A model generated the notes under the pieces. The model was not told the DNA's origin and searched no databases. It worked only from the letters and a program-made list of their open reading frames with translations. The position numbers and the translations under genes were made by a program. A DNA stretch of 64,000 nt from assembly GCA_000004985.1 (NCBI GenBank), contig GG738869.1. One strand, written 5' to 3'. Shown here piece after piece: positions 1 to 12,300 of this stretch. The stretch comes from Naegleria gruberi. Its lineage: Eukaryota. Each line of letters starts with the position of its first letter. Positions within the stretch are counted from its first letter, which is position 1.

Positions 1-1
1 A

Positions 2-808
2 GAGCAACAAAAGGTATCAAAAAAGAATGCAAAGAAAGCTGTTGATGATGCTACTCAAATGACAGTGGAGAAGGCTTCATTTGTTAATTTGGTTATTTCA
101 AGAATTCCATTCACTCAATCTCATAATTATTACTATCAGAATGATTTAGTTTACTCTAGGAGACCTGCTAATGTTATTACTCTCGCCAATCAAATGGTAA
201 TGGTCAATTTGCACTTGAAAGCTTACAAAGAATGCCATCCTATCAGAAAGAAGCAATTGAAATGTATCTATTCACTATTTAGAATTCCAAGAGTTGATTT
301 CAAAATGCATGAAGAAAATAAGGAAAGTTCTCAAAGCTCAACAATTTTGGAGGACGAAAGCAGATTTACCTATCATTTTGGTATTGAGGAGTTAAATCCA
401 AAATCTTTGCTCTTTACTGAGAAGAAGGAATTTTCAGAAATTTATGAAAATGTAAAATATGTATTGATGTGTGGAGATTACAATCTTAATCATGATTTTG
501 AGGAACACATGATTTCTGATTATGATCTAGAGGATGTATATGCCAAACTATATCCAGAAAAGATTGGATCAGTCGAATCTCTTACTTTCGACCATCAAAA
601 CAATCCAATTGTGAACTTGTTTTCAGAAGACTCTCGAGGAAGATGCAGATATGACAGAATGATTGTTCACAGCCATAATATTGCCAACTCAAATCTAATT
701 CTTGAGCCAACCACATGCCAAGTTGTGGAAAACAAAGCGTTTGAGGATAATATCTTTGCAAGTGATCATTTTGGATTAGTAACAGAGTTTTCCATTTCGA
801 AACAATAA
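2..808 (+). CDS. Endonuclease/exonuclease/phosphatase (EEP) family protein, TDP2-like; 5' partial
   Basis: ORF 59..808 ends with EEP C-terminal motifs (CRYDRMIV ... SDHFGLVTEF). The same frame stays open back to nt 2, so the N-terminus lies outside the window. Confidence 0.5.
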   Translation, partial: EQQKVSKKNAKKAVDDATQMTVEKASFVNLVISRIPFTQSHNYYYQNDLVYSRRPANVITLANQMVMVNLHLKAYKECHPIRKKQLKCIYSLFRIPRVDFKMHEENKESSQSSTILEDESRFTYHFGIEELNPKSLLFTEKKEFSEIYENVKYVLMCGDYNLNHDFEEHMISDYDLEDVYAKLYPEKIGSVESLTFDHQNNPIVNLFSEDSRGRCRYDRMIVHSHNIANSNLILEPTTCQVVENKAFEDNIFASDHFGLVTEFSISKQ

Positions 809-831
809 ATCAGCAAGGTATTTATTTACAA

Positions 832-2196
832 TTATTGGGTTGGTTCTCCAAAGAAAGTATCAGAAAGTTTGGTACGTTGGGCTTTTTCTTTCATATTCCA
901 AGTAAAGTCAGCAAATAAGGCATGTTGACCACCTCTCAAAATATTTCTAGAATCACCCTTGATTGTTTGATACATTTCATTTTCTTCAAAGCAATCAAAG
1001 TATCTATGGTCAATTTCACTCTCTAATTCTGGAACAAATGGAGGTTGAATATGTCTGATATTTTCCCAATTAATACCAGAAAAGAATGGATGGTTCTTAA
1101 TATCTTCTACACCATTAGTACCAATTCTATCTTCTGGATCACAGAGAAGTTTGAGAATGAGATCTTTTGCTTCATCTGACAAGACCACGTCGCTTGGGAA
1201 TTGAAGGTTTTCCTTCCACCTAATAATTCTGTGACATGTTTGAGCTGGAGGTTCATCATAAGAAAATGGTGGATAACCACACAACATTTCAAACATGATA
1301 ATACCAACAGACCACCAATCACATTCCAAACCATATCCCTTCTTTAACAAAACTTCTGGTGCAATATAACCAGTACTACCAACAGTAGAATATAACTTGA
1401 CACGACCTTTCTTTCTCCATTCATCTCTTTGTTTACCAGTTTCCACAATAGTAGAATTTAATTCACTGGCAGCTTCTTCTATTGATTTTCTTGCATCTTC
1501 AGATCCAGATTCCTCTTTATATGGTTTGGACAGGCCAAAATCACTCAATTTAATGTGACCCATTCCATCAAGTAAAATATTGTCCGGCTAATTTTTGAAT
1601 GAGAATCATTCCAAAATAATTCAACAACCTACCTTCAAGTCTCTATGTACATATCCTAAAGCATGAATTGATCCAACTGCCATCACTAATTCCGCAATAT
1701 AAAACCTTGTTTCTTCCTCAGTAAAATATTCCTTGTGAATTAACCAAGTCATCATATCACCACCTGGCAAAAATTCCATAACTAAATACAAGTATTCATC
1801 ATCTTGGAAAGAGCAATGCAATCCTACAATCCACTCGTTGAATTGACTGTTCTCGCCAGAATCGGCCATCAAATTTCTTTCAGTTCTTACGTGTTGGACC
1901 TGATTCTTTCTCATCATTTCAGTCTTTTTCAACATTTTCATAGCTGAAATTTTTCCTGTTTGTTTATCTTTAACAAGACGAACTTCACCAAAAGCACCTC
2001 TTCCGATAACAGCAATTTTATCAAAATCCTTTACAGATTTTGGTTTTGCCTTCTCGGACCAAGTTATTTTCTTTCTATTGGTGATCAATTTTTGTCCTTT
2101 ATACTTATCCTCAAGAAGTGACTTGGCAACAGCAACAGTATCTTGGGTTAATTGAGACAACTTTGGTTGTGTCGGATACGAAGTTGATGGATTCAT
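832..2196 (-). CDS. NDR/LATS-family AGC Ser/Thr kinase (Cbk1/Orb6/STK38-like), 2 exons: 1633..2196 and 832..1587
   Basis: The two ORFs are joined by a 45-nt GTAGGT...TAG intron (1588..1632) that restores HRDLK|PDNILLD across kinase subdomains VIb and VII. There is a long basic activation-segment insert and a C-terminal hydrophobic motif FADFTW. The ATG at 2196 was verified. Confidence 0.8.
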
Positions 2197-2827
2197 ATTT
2201 TCTCTCTATACAAATAAATATATATTCAAAATACAATTTCTTCTCTACAAGTCAATGAAATGATACTACTACAACTATAATATCCAATAATACTAATAAT
2301 ATAGCAATATAAAAATCTTCCTATACAACAATTACTACAATAATGATTCTCAAAAATGATGATCGCTCGCTCGGGTACAGCACGGTGATGGTTTTGGTAA
2401 TAAAAACTTGATGATGAGGAATTTACTCGCTTCGTGCGATTACAGCTTGAGCAATTTTTTTTTTTAGAAATTTTTTGTGTTCATTGGCCATGAGAGGTGT
2501 TTTCCGTTGGTAGCGGACATTTGGAACGGCTTTCTAGGAGAGGTTCAGAGTTTGTCAGAATTTTGTAAAGTATTAAGAGTTTCTGAAATGGATTGAAGGA
2601 TGAACAGAGCAATCTGTTTGTGGTTGATATTAATCATGTCTTGTTGGAATTTCAATTCGGTTGACTGAGAAGATTGATGGTGTTATTAAAAAGGAAGTCA
2701 AGTGGTCAACTGGTTTACTATTAGAAAATTGAGTAGATCTTTAAAAAATGGTTTATTGTTTGAAAATTGTGTTTTATTTGATACAATGAACCACCATTTC
2801 TGAAATAGTTCAAAACTTCCTTGGATC

Positions 2828-5092
2828 TTATTTTCTTTTCCAGCGGGATTCAGGTACTGGTTTTTTGGATGTTAATTCCTCTCTTACTGTCAATTTAAAC
2901 TTCTTGATAAATAATAAAATTGTTGGAATATTGTTGGATTGCAAAACTGAAAGTAAAATTTCGAATGGAGAATCTCCATTATCATTCTTCTTGTTGATCA
3001 CTTCAGGAATTCTAGAAAGAACAGAGAGAAATAATGGTACTGATTCTGAATTGCTACAAAACATGGCAATAATGTGGAAAATTGTGTTTCCTTCAAAGTG
3101 TTGAGTTTCAAATAATGAATAATCTTCCATTTCCATTTGCAATAAAAATACATTCAATAGAGAGGGTACCACTTTCAATACTTGTATAAACAGTGGTAGG
3201 GATGTTTCAAAAGTGCTGTTTGATCTTTGTATTGTAAAGGGATATTGCTGAGAAAGTATTTGATAAAGTTGTTTAGGATTTTCCACAAGCATTTCAATAA
3301 CCTTGCTCGTCATCAATTCATGAGAAGTGTTGTTTAACGATTCATTGAGTAAGAATGAATAAAAGTCATCATTTGATAGAGAATGAGAAATTCTTGTGAA
3401 TACTTCTACTGAAACATTGGAAAAGAATGGAATTTCTTTCAATTGATTAGTAAAATCCCAGCCATATGAAATTGCATCATCTACAAGAAATTTGCATGGA
3501 ACGGATATTCTGAATAATCTTCCTTTTTGATACTTGTTTGAAAGGTAAACTAAATATTGAAAGCTTGTTGAATCAAAATTTGGATATTCTAATATCTCAA
3601 TAGGAAAATTACATTTGACGAAGAGATAATCAAAGAAATCTTTTCTCCAACTCTTTTCAAAATTTGGTAAAGAAGCAACATTTGCAGTTTCCCATAACAA
3701 CATTCCAAAACATGTTAAATGCTCATCAATCATTTTGCGAGCTTGTGAGAAATCAGTGTAAATATTGAGCTCATAACTTGAATCAATAACTGGTTTTCTA
3801 TTTGGTGCATTATAAATATCAAACTTATTTACACTAAAAGATTCTAAGATTCTGTTAATGCTACTATCACCAAAAACAATCAAGTGTTCTATGCTCAATT
3901 TGGCTCTATTCTTTGCATTTGTAGATGAGGGATAGATGTTCTGCTGTTCACCATGGCATAAAATCACTGTTTTCAATTGCTTACAAACTTTGACTATTTG
4001 GTATATAATTTCAGGGCAAAACACAATCTTCTTGATAGTTGAATTTTCTCCCACAAAGGCTGACAAAAATTCATTACTAAATGTTGTACGTTCCATACTA
4101 AAACGTCTCATTGTTTTGGACTTACAAGCAGCCAACCAAATATTATTTGTGGAATAAGGTGTGCTAGAATTGCTACCAGAAAAGGTGGCATTCTCAATGG
4201 AAAAATCTTGCTCTTCTGTTGATGATGTTTGAGCTCCACTACCTGAACTTGTACCAAAACTAAAACCACCTGAAGAGGTAATACTACTCCCACCAAAACT
4301 AAAACCACCTGAGGAGGTATCGTCTCTACCAATACTACTCCTTCTAACTCTAACTGGTCTAGCCTGTGGCGAGGTTGCTCCACTAGTTTCATTAAGTGAA
4401 GGTTTCACATTCGAGGTATCTATCTTTGAAAAGTTATTTTCAAATGTAAATTCATCTGTGTTTGAAGATTCACTTGCAACATATTTCACATCTTGATATA
4501 AATATAATGAATCAGAACTTTTGCCAGATAAGGAATATTTGGTTTGCTCTCTTAGTAAGGTGTAGATATATTTGAGATCTGTTGTATCTGAAATCAATAG
4601 ACTTTCGATAGTCAAAAGTTTCTTCATCATTCTACCGTTGAAATGCTTTGAGATAATTCTCATCTTGTGGAAAGTAACAAAACTTGAATCTATTCTAAAT
4701 GAATTTGTTCTTTCGATAGGATGTGGAAATTTAATGGATGCTAAACGATCCTCATCTTTTCTGATCGATTTATATTTGGAAAAAGTTGGAATGAATTCAA
4801 TAATTTCATAACAAATATTCATATCTAATAGTTGTAATAATTTTACATCAATTTCTTCATTATGATCGATTTGTGGATTTTCTATGGCTTTCTCCTGATC
4901 AGTACGAATCCACTCTTTTACAGTAGAACAGCATGCTACATATTGATCATTGATCAATTGATCAACAAGACTTTTATCCGAAACAAACTTTGGGGTTAAA
5001 GAAAAATCGTCAGAAATCCTGTTCAACTTGGTGCTAACAACATCTGCAACACTTGCTCGAGTGTTTTGTACTGGATTGCGAATAATTCTCAT
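2828..5092 (-). CDS. Hypothetical protein with a central GFSFG/FG-repeat Ser/Gly-rich region and an ankyrin-like C-terminus
   Basis: A 768-codon ORF. The ORF-track start at 5134 is TTG, preceded by an in-frame TAA. The first ATG is at 5092 (MRIIRNP...). The GGFSFGGSS / GGFSFGTSSGSG repeats resemble nucleoporin FG repeats. Confidence 0.5.
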   Translation of the reverse strand: MRIIRNPVQNTRASVADVVSTKLNRISDDFSLTPKFVSDKSLVDQLINDQYVACCSTVKEWIRTDQEKAIENPQIDHNEEIDVKLLQLLDMNICYEIIEFIPTFSKYKSIRKDEDRLASIKFPHPIERTNSFRIDSSFVTFHKMRIISKHFNGRMMKKLLTIESLLISDTTDLKYIYTLLREQTKYSLSGKSSDSLYLYQDVKYVASESSNTDEFTFENNFSKIDTSNVKPSLNETSGATSPQARPVRVRRSSIGRDDTSSGGFSFGGSSITSSGGFSFGTSSGSGAQTSSTEEQDFSIENATFSGSNSSTPYSTNNIWLAACKSKTMRRFSMERTTFSNEFLSAFVGENSTIKKIVFCPEIIYQIVKVCKQLKTVILCHGEQQNIYPSSTNAKNRAKLSIEHLIVFGDSSINRILESFSVNKFDIYNAPNRKPVIDSSYELNIYTDFSQARKMIDEHLTCFGMLLWETANVASLPNFEKSWRKDFFDYLFVKCNFPIEILEYPNFDSTSFQYLVYLSNKYQKGRLFRISVPCKFLVDDAISYGWDFTNQLKEIPFFSNVSVEVFTRISHSLSNDDFYSFLLNESLNNTSHELMTSKVIEMLVENPKQLYQILSQQYPFTIQRSNSTFETSLPLFIQVLKVVPSLLNVFLLQMEMEDYSLFETQHFEGNTIFHIIAMFCSNSESVPLFLSVLSRIPEVINKKNDNGDSPFEILLSVLQSNNIPTILLFIKKFKLTVREELTSKKPVPESRWKRK

Positions 5093-5183
5093 TATGCTGC
5101 ACTTTTTTTGATGATTTTTTCTTGTTCGTACCAACTTCGTTTCAACAGTTTACAATGAAAAACCAATGTGTTTATTGAATGAA

Positions 5184-6410
5184 CTAGTCCACTTCTGGTA
5201 CTTCCTCTTTTTCTTCTTGTTTCTGTGTGTCTGATTCAGTATCTTCATATTGCTCTTCGTTATTTTCATCCTTGTTGGTTTCTTCCTTTTTACTTTCTGG
5301 CGTTTCATGCTTACTGATTTGGATACCAGCCATAAGCTTACTAATATCACTCATCATAGGCATTTGCATAGCTGTTTGAGGTGGGATGTTCATTTGTGGT
5401 GGAGGTGTACCACTAGGTATCGTTGGTTGTCTGAACATTGCAAATGGATTTCCTTGCATTCCTTGTAAGAATGGTGAAGCAAATCTTCCAACTTCTCCCA
5501 TCATTCTATTCATCATTCTTTCTTCCCAATGTTTCATTCTTTCATCAACACATTCATTAATATAATTCTTCAAATCTTCCTTGGATTTAAATTCATTCAA
5601 GAGTATTGGATTTTCTGGAATATCGTTCAATGTTTCCATTTTAGGAGGTAAAGTTGGTTTAGGCATTTCTTGTTCAACCTTCCTCTCGGAAGCCACATTA
5701 TCAATGGTTTTTGTGATTGGCATTATTTGACCTACTATCATACTCATTTGCTTAGCTGTTGGATTATTCATTCCATTCATTAAATTCATTAACATTCTAG
5801 GATCGCTCATTAGTGCACTCATAGCTCCAGAAAATTGTTTCGATTCAGTTTCTCCTCCCATTGCTATCGACTGATTTTGATTCAATAATTTTTCTCCCCT
5901 TCTTTTACCATGAAAAATTATAGCAGAGACACAAATTTTTGTCTGTTTAGCAATTCTATCAGGATAATCCAATGATAAGAATTTCAAAGTAAAATTTGAA
6001 TGTCTCTGAATCTTCCTCTCACTCTGATTACTATCCAAACATACACAATTATACTGATAGGCATTATCCTCTCCAATCTTTTCAGTAAATCTACAAGTTT
6101 GTCCATATTCCTTTTCCTTAGAAGTATACAATTCCACAGTCCTAGCAGTACTAAAAATATCAATACTCGTCCATTCAATCATATAATCAAATTCTATCGT
6201 CAATTCAAAATACTTTTCATCATCAACTTTTTCAAAAACAACAAAGCCTCTCTTTTCTTGATTTTTTTCATAATCTTCAATATCATCGGTATGAATTAAT
6301 TTTCCAAATAATTCTGTAGGCTCGGAAGAAAATTGCCAATTTGCCTTCACATTCGGAAGAGAAGGAGGAGGGCAGACTAACGGTTCACCATCATTTGCAT
6401 TTTCTGTCAT
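5184..6410 (-). CDS. Hypothetical protein with a globular N-terminal domain and a Met/Gln/Pro-rich C-terminus
   Basis: A 408-aa ORF. The ATG at 6410 was verified and is preceded by an A-run. The C-terminal region (GMQGNPFAMF, PPQMNIPPQTAMQMPMM) is low-complexity and STI1/ubiquilin-like in flavour. I do not recognise a family. Confidence 0.45.
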   Translation of the reverse strand: MTENANDGEPLVCPPPSLPNVKANWQFSSEPTELFGKLIHTDDIEDYEKNQEKRGFVVFEKVDDEKYFELTIEFDYMIEWTSIDIFSTARTVELYTSKEKEYGQTCRFTEKIGEDNAYQYNCVCLDSNQSERKIQRHSNFTLKFLSLDYPDRIAKQTKICVSAIIFHGKRRGEKLLNQNQSIAMGGETESKQFSGAMSALMSDPRMLMNLMNGMNNPTAKQMSMIVGQIMPITKTIDNVASERKVEQEMPKPTLPPKMETLNDIPENPILLNEFKSKEDLKNYINECVDERMKHWEERMMNRMMGEVGRFASPFLQGMQGNPFAMFRQPTIPSGTPPPQMNIPPQTAMQMPMMSDISKLMAGIQISKHETPESKKEETNKDENNEEQYEDTESDTQKQEEKEEVPEVD

Positions 6411-6687
6411 TTTTTTTTAATAATAATAATATATTAATATTAATTCGATATATTTAATTAAGATTATTAATGGATACTGGGAGGTACATGTAAATTATAA
6501 TTATTATTACATCTTATTCTTTTTTAATTCAAATATAATGAGGTTACATCGACCAAAATCTCACAAATTCAATCAACGAATTTCCATAATGTTCCAGCGA
6601 CATTTGAAGTCTTGATTACAATTTCCATTCCGTTTATTGTCATCTTCCAAATTGAAACTCCAACGTTCTGCAGCATACTACAAAAAA

Positions 6688-7060
6688 ATGGGTCAAGGAC
6701 AAGGTCTATCCGCCTCTGATTCTGATGTTCTATTCGAAGAATCTGAATCACAAGAACAACAATATCAGAAAGTAATCTCTGCACAAGAGATGGCAAAATA
6801 TGTACGTACAATGTGTTATGTTCTATATCTCTCTAATTATAATTTATATTACGATATAGCAAAAAGTGATCAAGTCAAAATTGTCGGAATTAACTTGTTT
6901 CGGTAGCATTCCACCACTTGTTTTGAATGATTTGCTTTCGAATCTATTCCTGAAAGACTCTATAAAAAAGTATTACCTCTCATCTACACCTGAAGGTACC
7001 ATTGAATATGTAGGTTTTATTGTCATCATTTCCAAATATTTATTAATGTATATTACATGA
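6688..7060 (+). CDS. Small hypothetical protein of about 105 aa, 2 exons (6688..6801 and 6860..7060), with a hydrophobic C-terminus
   Basis: aaaaaaATGG start context. A 58-nt GTACGT...TATAG intron joins ORF frames 6637 and 6866 in phase 0. The C-terminal VGFIVIISKYLLMYIT looks like a tail anchor. Confidence 0.3.
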
Positions 7061-7373
7061 AAATAACAAAATGATGATAATAATTGTGTGTTTTATTCCG
7101 ACTGATTATGATGATGCTCATTACGATGATTAAATGGAACTTGACTGGCGTACAATGATGTTCTTCAAAAATGACGTACGACACGCTATTTTGGATCATG
7201 ATTTGATGTGGAAATTTTTAATGCGGCTATTTGGAATCAAACTATTTGGCTATTATTCTAAACTACGTGAAATAATCAAATAGTTGGGAAGTTTGTTGAC
7301 AATTTACGAAACCAACGATAAAAATCAACACAATTTCTATCGTAATGTAAAATTGAATCAATATGTGACGGAA

Positions 7374-8304
7374 ATGAATGAAAGGCAAAAGATTCCACAC
7401 GATAAAATTTTAAAAGTGAGATTAGTTTTGATTCAGACACCCAAAGACTATTCTACTTTGAATTTATTTGATTTACTTTCACCAGTTTTGGATAATTTTT
7501 CAGGGCTCTCTCCATCCCAAGCTTTTAATTTAGCCAATAATGAGGAAAATTTTGAAAATCAACCAATTACAGATGTTCAATTAACACCTGCAATTGCTAT
7601 TGGACCATTTTTGTTATATTATAATTCATTAGGTAAGTTTCAGTTGAATTCAAACTAATAGTTTGTTATTAATAGGTCTTGTAATTCCTAAAAGAGTTGT
7701 TGGCGAAGCATCATTTATTCTTTCAGAAATTGATCCATTTGCTTGTATATATTTAAATGATGAAACTCTCCATCGGTTGTCAACCATAGTTTTTGATTGG
7801 AATATCACTGCGAGATACTCTGTACAAACCAATAATTCACAACATTTTGTTGATTCACTGGCTACTCTATTCAAAATTTCATTGGTTGATAATCCAACAC
7901 TTGCTGAATATTTAAAATCTGTGAGATCGAACGGAATTGGTGATTGCACAATACCTTTCTCTGAAGCATTTAGGGAACAGTTCAAAGTTAAGAAAACTGA
8001 AAAAACATTCACAGATAGAAATGAGCTTTTGACTTTTACTTCCAAATTGGCTCAACGTAAATTTTCCAAAGAATCATTTCCAAACGAATGGAAATTATTC
8101 CACAATTTTGAAAGAATGTTTTGGAGTGAAATGATCCAGAGAGAGAAATACTATTTACTTGCTCATAAAGCAAAGGAAATCAAACGGAGCAGTGTGGACA
8201 ATCCAACAAGACACTCCATCTCAACCTCGACCATTGAAGAGAATATCTTTGGAGATGGAACCAAACTTTTTGCAAAATTACCAACTGTTCATGATTGGTT
8301 TTAA
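7374..8304 (+). CDS. Hypothetical protein, 2 exons (7374..7632 and 7676..8304)
   Basis: ORFs 7284..7658 and 7663..8304 are joined by a 43-nt GTAAGT...AATAG intron (7633..7675) in phase 1, giving ...YYNSL-G-LVIPKR.... The ORF-track start at 7284 is TTG and sits right after an in-frame TAG. The first in-frame ATG is at 7374, so the true start is uncertain. Confidence 0.4.
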
Positions 8305-8478
8305 ATTATAATTTGCTTCATCATACATGTAATAAAAATTTAAGGATCTGTTTGTGATAATGAAATTCAATTCAATCGAGATCTTTAAAGATTCTCATAT
8401 TGAAAAACTTCAAGTTCATGACCTCTACCAAAATAAGAAAATTATTGTAAAATCAACAAGAAAACAAAATTAAAAAAA

Positions 8479-9072
8479 ATGTTCCTCTCTGATGATATTA
8501 TTATCAACATTTTTAAGCCACTCCTAGAATTCTGTCACTTTATTCAGCTCCGAGCTGTTAATTCTCATCTCTGTCGCTTAATTACCTCAAATTTAGAAGA
8601 AAATAATCAAATCATCAAGAAGGGAACACAACTGATCATTTTGAAAGGCAGTTTTAGAATTAGAGGTGATGTATTACTTCCCTTTACTGAAATTTTACGT
8701 AAACAGGAAATCAAATCTCAACACGTGATTGATGAATTCAACAGGAAGGATTATGGAAGATTATTTAAATTTTCTGATTTGGAATATGCTAGAACAAATA
8801 ATGCCTCTTTTAGAACTGAGTCTTTCCTACCACCAAACAATAGAAATTTAATTACTATCAAACATACTATCTCAGATCCTAATGATGATAGTGCTGTATG
8901 TTGTGCTAATTGTAAGATTGATTTGATTTTATCACCAACACAATCGAAAGCATGGAAAGAGGAAAATGGGTGTGTTGTTGGAATGGTTTCGAATGAATAT
9001 TTTGATTTGGTGTGGCATTATGATTTTCTTACTGGAATACGAGTTTATGTAAATATTTGTACAATCATGTAA
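8479..9072 (+). CDS. Hypothetical F-box-like protein
   Basis: A 197-aa ORF with a verified ATG after an A-run. The N-terminus (LSDDIIINIFKPLLEFCHFIQLRAVNSHLCRLI) resembles an F-box. Confidence 0.4.
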   Translation: MFLSDDIIINIFKPLLEFCHFIQLRAVNSHLCRLITSNLEENNQIIKKGTQLIILKGSFRIRGDVLLPFTEILRKQEIKSQHVIDEFNRKDYGRLFKFSDLEYARTNNASFRTESFLPPNNRNLITIKHTISDPNDDSAVCCANCKIDLILSPTQSKAWKEENGCVVGMVSNEYFDLVWHYDFLTGIRVYVNICTIM

Positions 9073-9348
9073 AATAGGATTGAGTTTTGTGATGAAATGA
9101 AGTTCAAGATGGATTTGATAATTCAGCCAAAATGAATTGAGTAACCGAATGAATAGAACTGTTTTTGTATGGCTTTCCTCAATTAACTTGTTTAATTAAT
9201 AGTTTTTCAAATAAATATGAACGTTTATGAAGAAAAGTCTTCTTTCGAATAAGAAACATACTGAAACAGAAAATGGTCGTGTAGTGTACAACATTGGCAA
9301 ATCGTTTGCAATAGCCAAAACAAGCAACATCCACTCATTCCCAGCCAA

Positions 9349-12300
9349 ATGCAAAACGTCAATATTTATTCATCACAAAGAAAATACATGAATCGGCAAC
9401 TTTCCAATAACCAGATCTCTTCAATGAGTCAAGACAAAACCAACAATACATCCACAACAACAGTAGGAGAACCAGCACTTCTGGATTCTTCTCCTCACCA
9501 TCAACAACAACAACTCGAAGAAGAATTAATTCCCTCTTCATCATCGTCAACAACAAGCACAACCCCTCCACTATTACTCTCCAATCATAATCATCAAAAC
9601 AACAAGAAAGAAGAACAATCACTTGTTGCTACCAACTATAACACTCCTATCAATTCATCAACTCCTCTCGAAAATTCTTCTCCTTCCTCCTCTCCAAGCA
9701 CGACAGACGCAACAAAATCTTCTTCATCACCAAGTAATTCTCCCGCCAAACCGAAATTCAATTCAAAGGAAAAAACACCACAAGAAATCTACAGTGAATT
9801 GGCACTTGGTATTGCAGGCTCGAATTTTGGTTATCATCAACAGCAGCAACAACAGCAGGTGGGAAATAATGTGAGGCACTCGATAAGTATTCAACAGACG
9901 ACGAATAGGAGAGGAATAGCCTTTGAGTTGGGACGTGATGATGATGATTGTTCGGAAGGATTTAATAAGAAGGATTTGATGGATAAGGCTGATAAGAGAA
10001 AGAGTATTTCGATTGTTAGTAGTTTGGATATTCAACAGGTAAATCCAATTAGTCTTCATAAGAAGAAGAAGAAAAATTCACCAAGTTCAAAACAACCATC
10101 ATCAAATCATCCTAAAGGAGGATTATTCATGTTTTTCAATAATCCAAGAAATTCAATTACTAAAAGATTCAGAGCAAGTGTATCGGGAAAGGAAATGGAT
10201 GATGATTTAACTAAAATTCAACAGGAAATTAATGATCATGAGAGAAGGAGAACTCTTGGTACTACTTCAGACGAGGAAGTTGACGAAGAAACCAAATCCT
10301 TCTATAACATTATTCGAAATGGTGTTAGAAGAGGTAGTTCGAAACAATTGGAAACTCCTGTGAATTCTGGAAGTTTTATGGTTTTGGATGCCTCTCCTAG
10401 GATTCAGTCCAGTGATGTAACAAGAACTGGACCAATTCAAAATGTGGCCATGTCTTTGTGGACTAAGGTTGACAGTACTATTGCATTTAGATTGATGGAT
10501 TACTGCTCCTTGTTTGAGGTGAGCTCCCTTTCTAGGTTGAATCAAGAATGGCTTTCTTTTGTGAAGGGCTATTTTAGTAACCATTGCGATCCAGAAAATT
10601 TGAGAACTTGCATGTTGCTACTCTACTTTAAGTTGCAAGGTATCTTCTCAAATTTGAGAGCAGAGGTTTCTGCTGAGGACAGACATTTGAAATCAGTGTA
10701 TAGCGTTCTATTAAGTCACAAACATCTTTTGGAGCAATCTTTGACTAATACTTCAAAGAATAGAATTAGTATTACAACATCACGAGAACTTGGACTGGGA
10801 GATTTATTTTTGAACACATACCTGAATAATCTATTCAATATTATTCCAAGAGTTGCATACTATACAGCTAGAAAGAATGAAAGGAAGGTCATTAATTTTA
10901 ACGAAATTCAATATTCCTTAACTGTAGAAATATTTTTAAGAGACGAAACAGTTGTAAATACTCTAGATACGTACGATATTGAAAGATATGTACAAAACTA
11001 TTCAGGATCATTCGCTACTCAGTTAATTGCCACCTCAATGGCCTATTTTTCTGTTTACTATCTTAAAATAGAAAACTATACTCCTGCCACAGAACCTTTT
11101 GAGCTTACTGAATATACTGAAGCAGGCACTCCAGAGGCAAGAAGAGTAACTATTTCTGGTAACACACCAACTCCAAATTCGAAAGCAGGATCGTTTTCCT
11201 CACTCAAAAATCTCAAACTTGAAAGTAATTTTGAAGACACTATTGAAATGTTCAGAAGTCCCCGTACTCCTGCTACACCATCATCCAAAAACAATAGCTT
11301 CATAATGGACAAGGGAGAGTTCTTAATTGCCAAAGGTTCAGGTACAACCAAAAAGAGAAGAGAAAGTTTGGCTAGTGAGACTGGATCGGTCTCCTCCTCA
11401 ATCTCTACTCCTAATATTAATTTTAATTTCATTGAAATTATTCCGAAAGATAGTTCAGAGTTGGGCTATTTATTCCTTCTAGAATTCTTCAAGATTCTTT
11501 CAAAGTATATTAGGAGATTAACATTCAGCCGCAAACCTCATGCATCTGAAAGATTTAGAATGGACTATTTCTCTACAATGTCTCTATCACCTAATTGTGA
11601 GACCTTCTCAGCATTTATGACTAATGAAGAGGATGAATTTAAGAAAAATTCTAAAAAATTCAAAAGTGTTTGCAATGCTATTGCAACCTCAGAGGCACTA
11701 ACATGCTTAGTTATGGGTGGAAAGGAATGGAATCAAGAGGATGTCAACATTCTCTTCAATTCCCTTAGTAGGGCCGGTGATGAAATTAAACGAGATAACT
11801 ACAAAATAGATTTGATTCTTCCATGTTTGCTGGAAATTAGTGAAAGATGCACCAAGCCAAAACTGAGACCATCCATCTTCCTTCCTCCACCAACCAGTGA
11901 GAGTCTTGTCAGCGAAATTAATATTGCAGAAATTCATGAAAGTGTCACATCTCCTAGAATTCAAACAGACAGCATACAACCTTCCTTTGTTGTTTCCTCA
12001 TCTGGAGACTCACAAATTTCAAATGATTTTGATGAAGGTATTGTAAGATGGCCAAAACATTTAAAGCGTGTGTATTTGACAGATATCAATGAAAACTTGA
12101 TATTCCATGAAAGATGGTTGAATGGAAGTCCAGAAATGACTTCACTACATTTTAATTTTTCACTTTCTTCTCCTATTAATTTTGATGCTATTTGCCTTTG
12201 CTCAAATCTCAGATATTTACACATTTCAGATTGTGTATTGGGAAATAATAAGAATACAGCTCTGAATTTAATTAATGCAATCAAGAAATTAGACAAACTA

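Noticed and set aside
2390-2470. Possible C/D-box snoRNA (TGATGA boxes) in the 2.2-2.8 kb intergenic region
   Set aside because: TGATGA motifs are present, but I could not find a convincing downstream D box (CTGA) or a terminal stem. With no folding tool I left it unreported.
5134-5134. ORF-track start codons taken at face value (e.g. 5134, 7284, 14872, 16708, 21297, 36725, 53252, 59046, 59646)
   Set aside because: On checking, these are TTG or GTG codons, not ATG. Because this is a eukaryote the starts were moved to the first ATG or to an upstream micro-exon.
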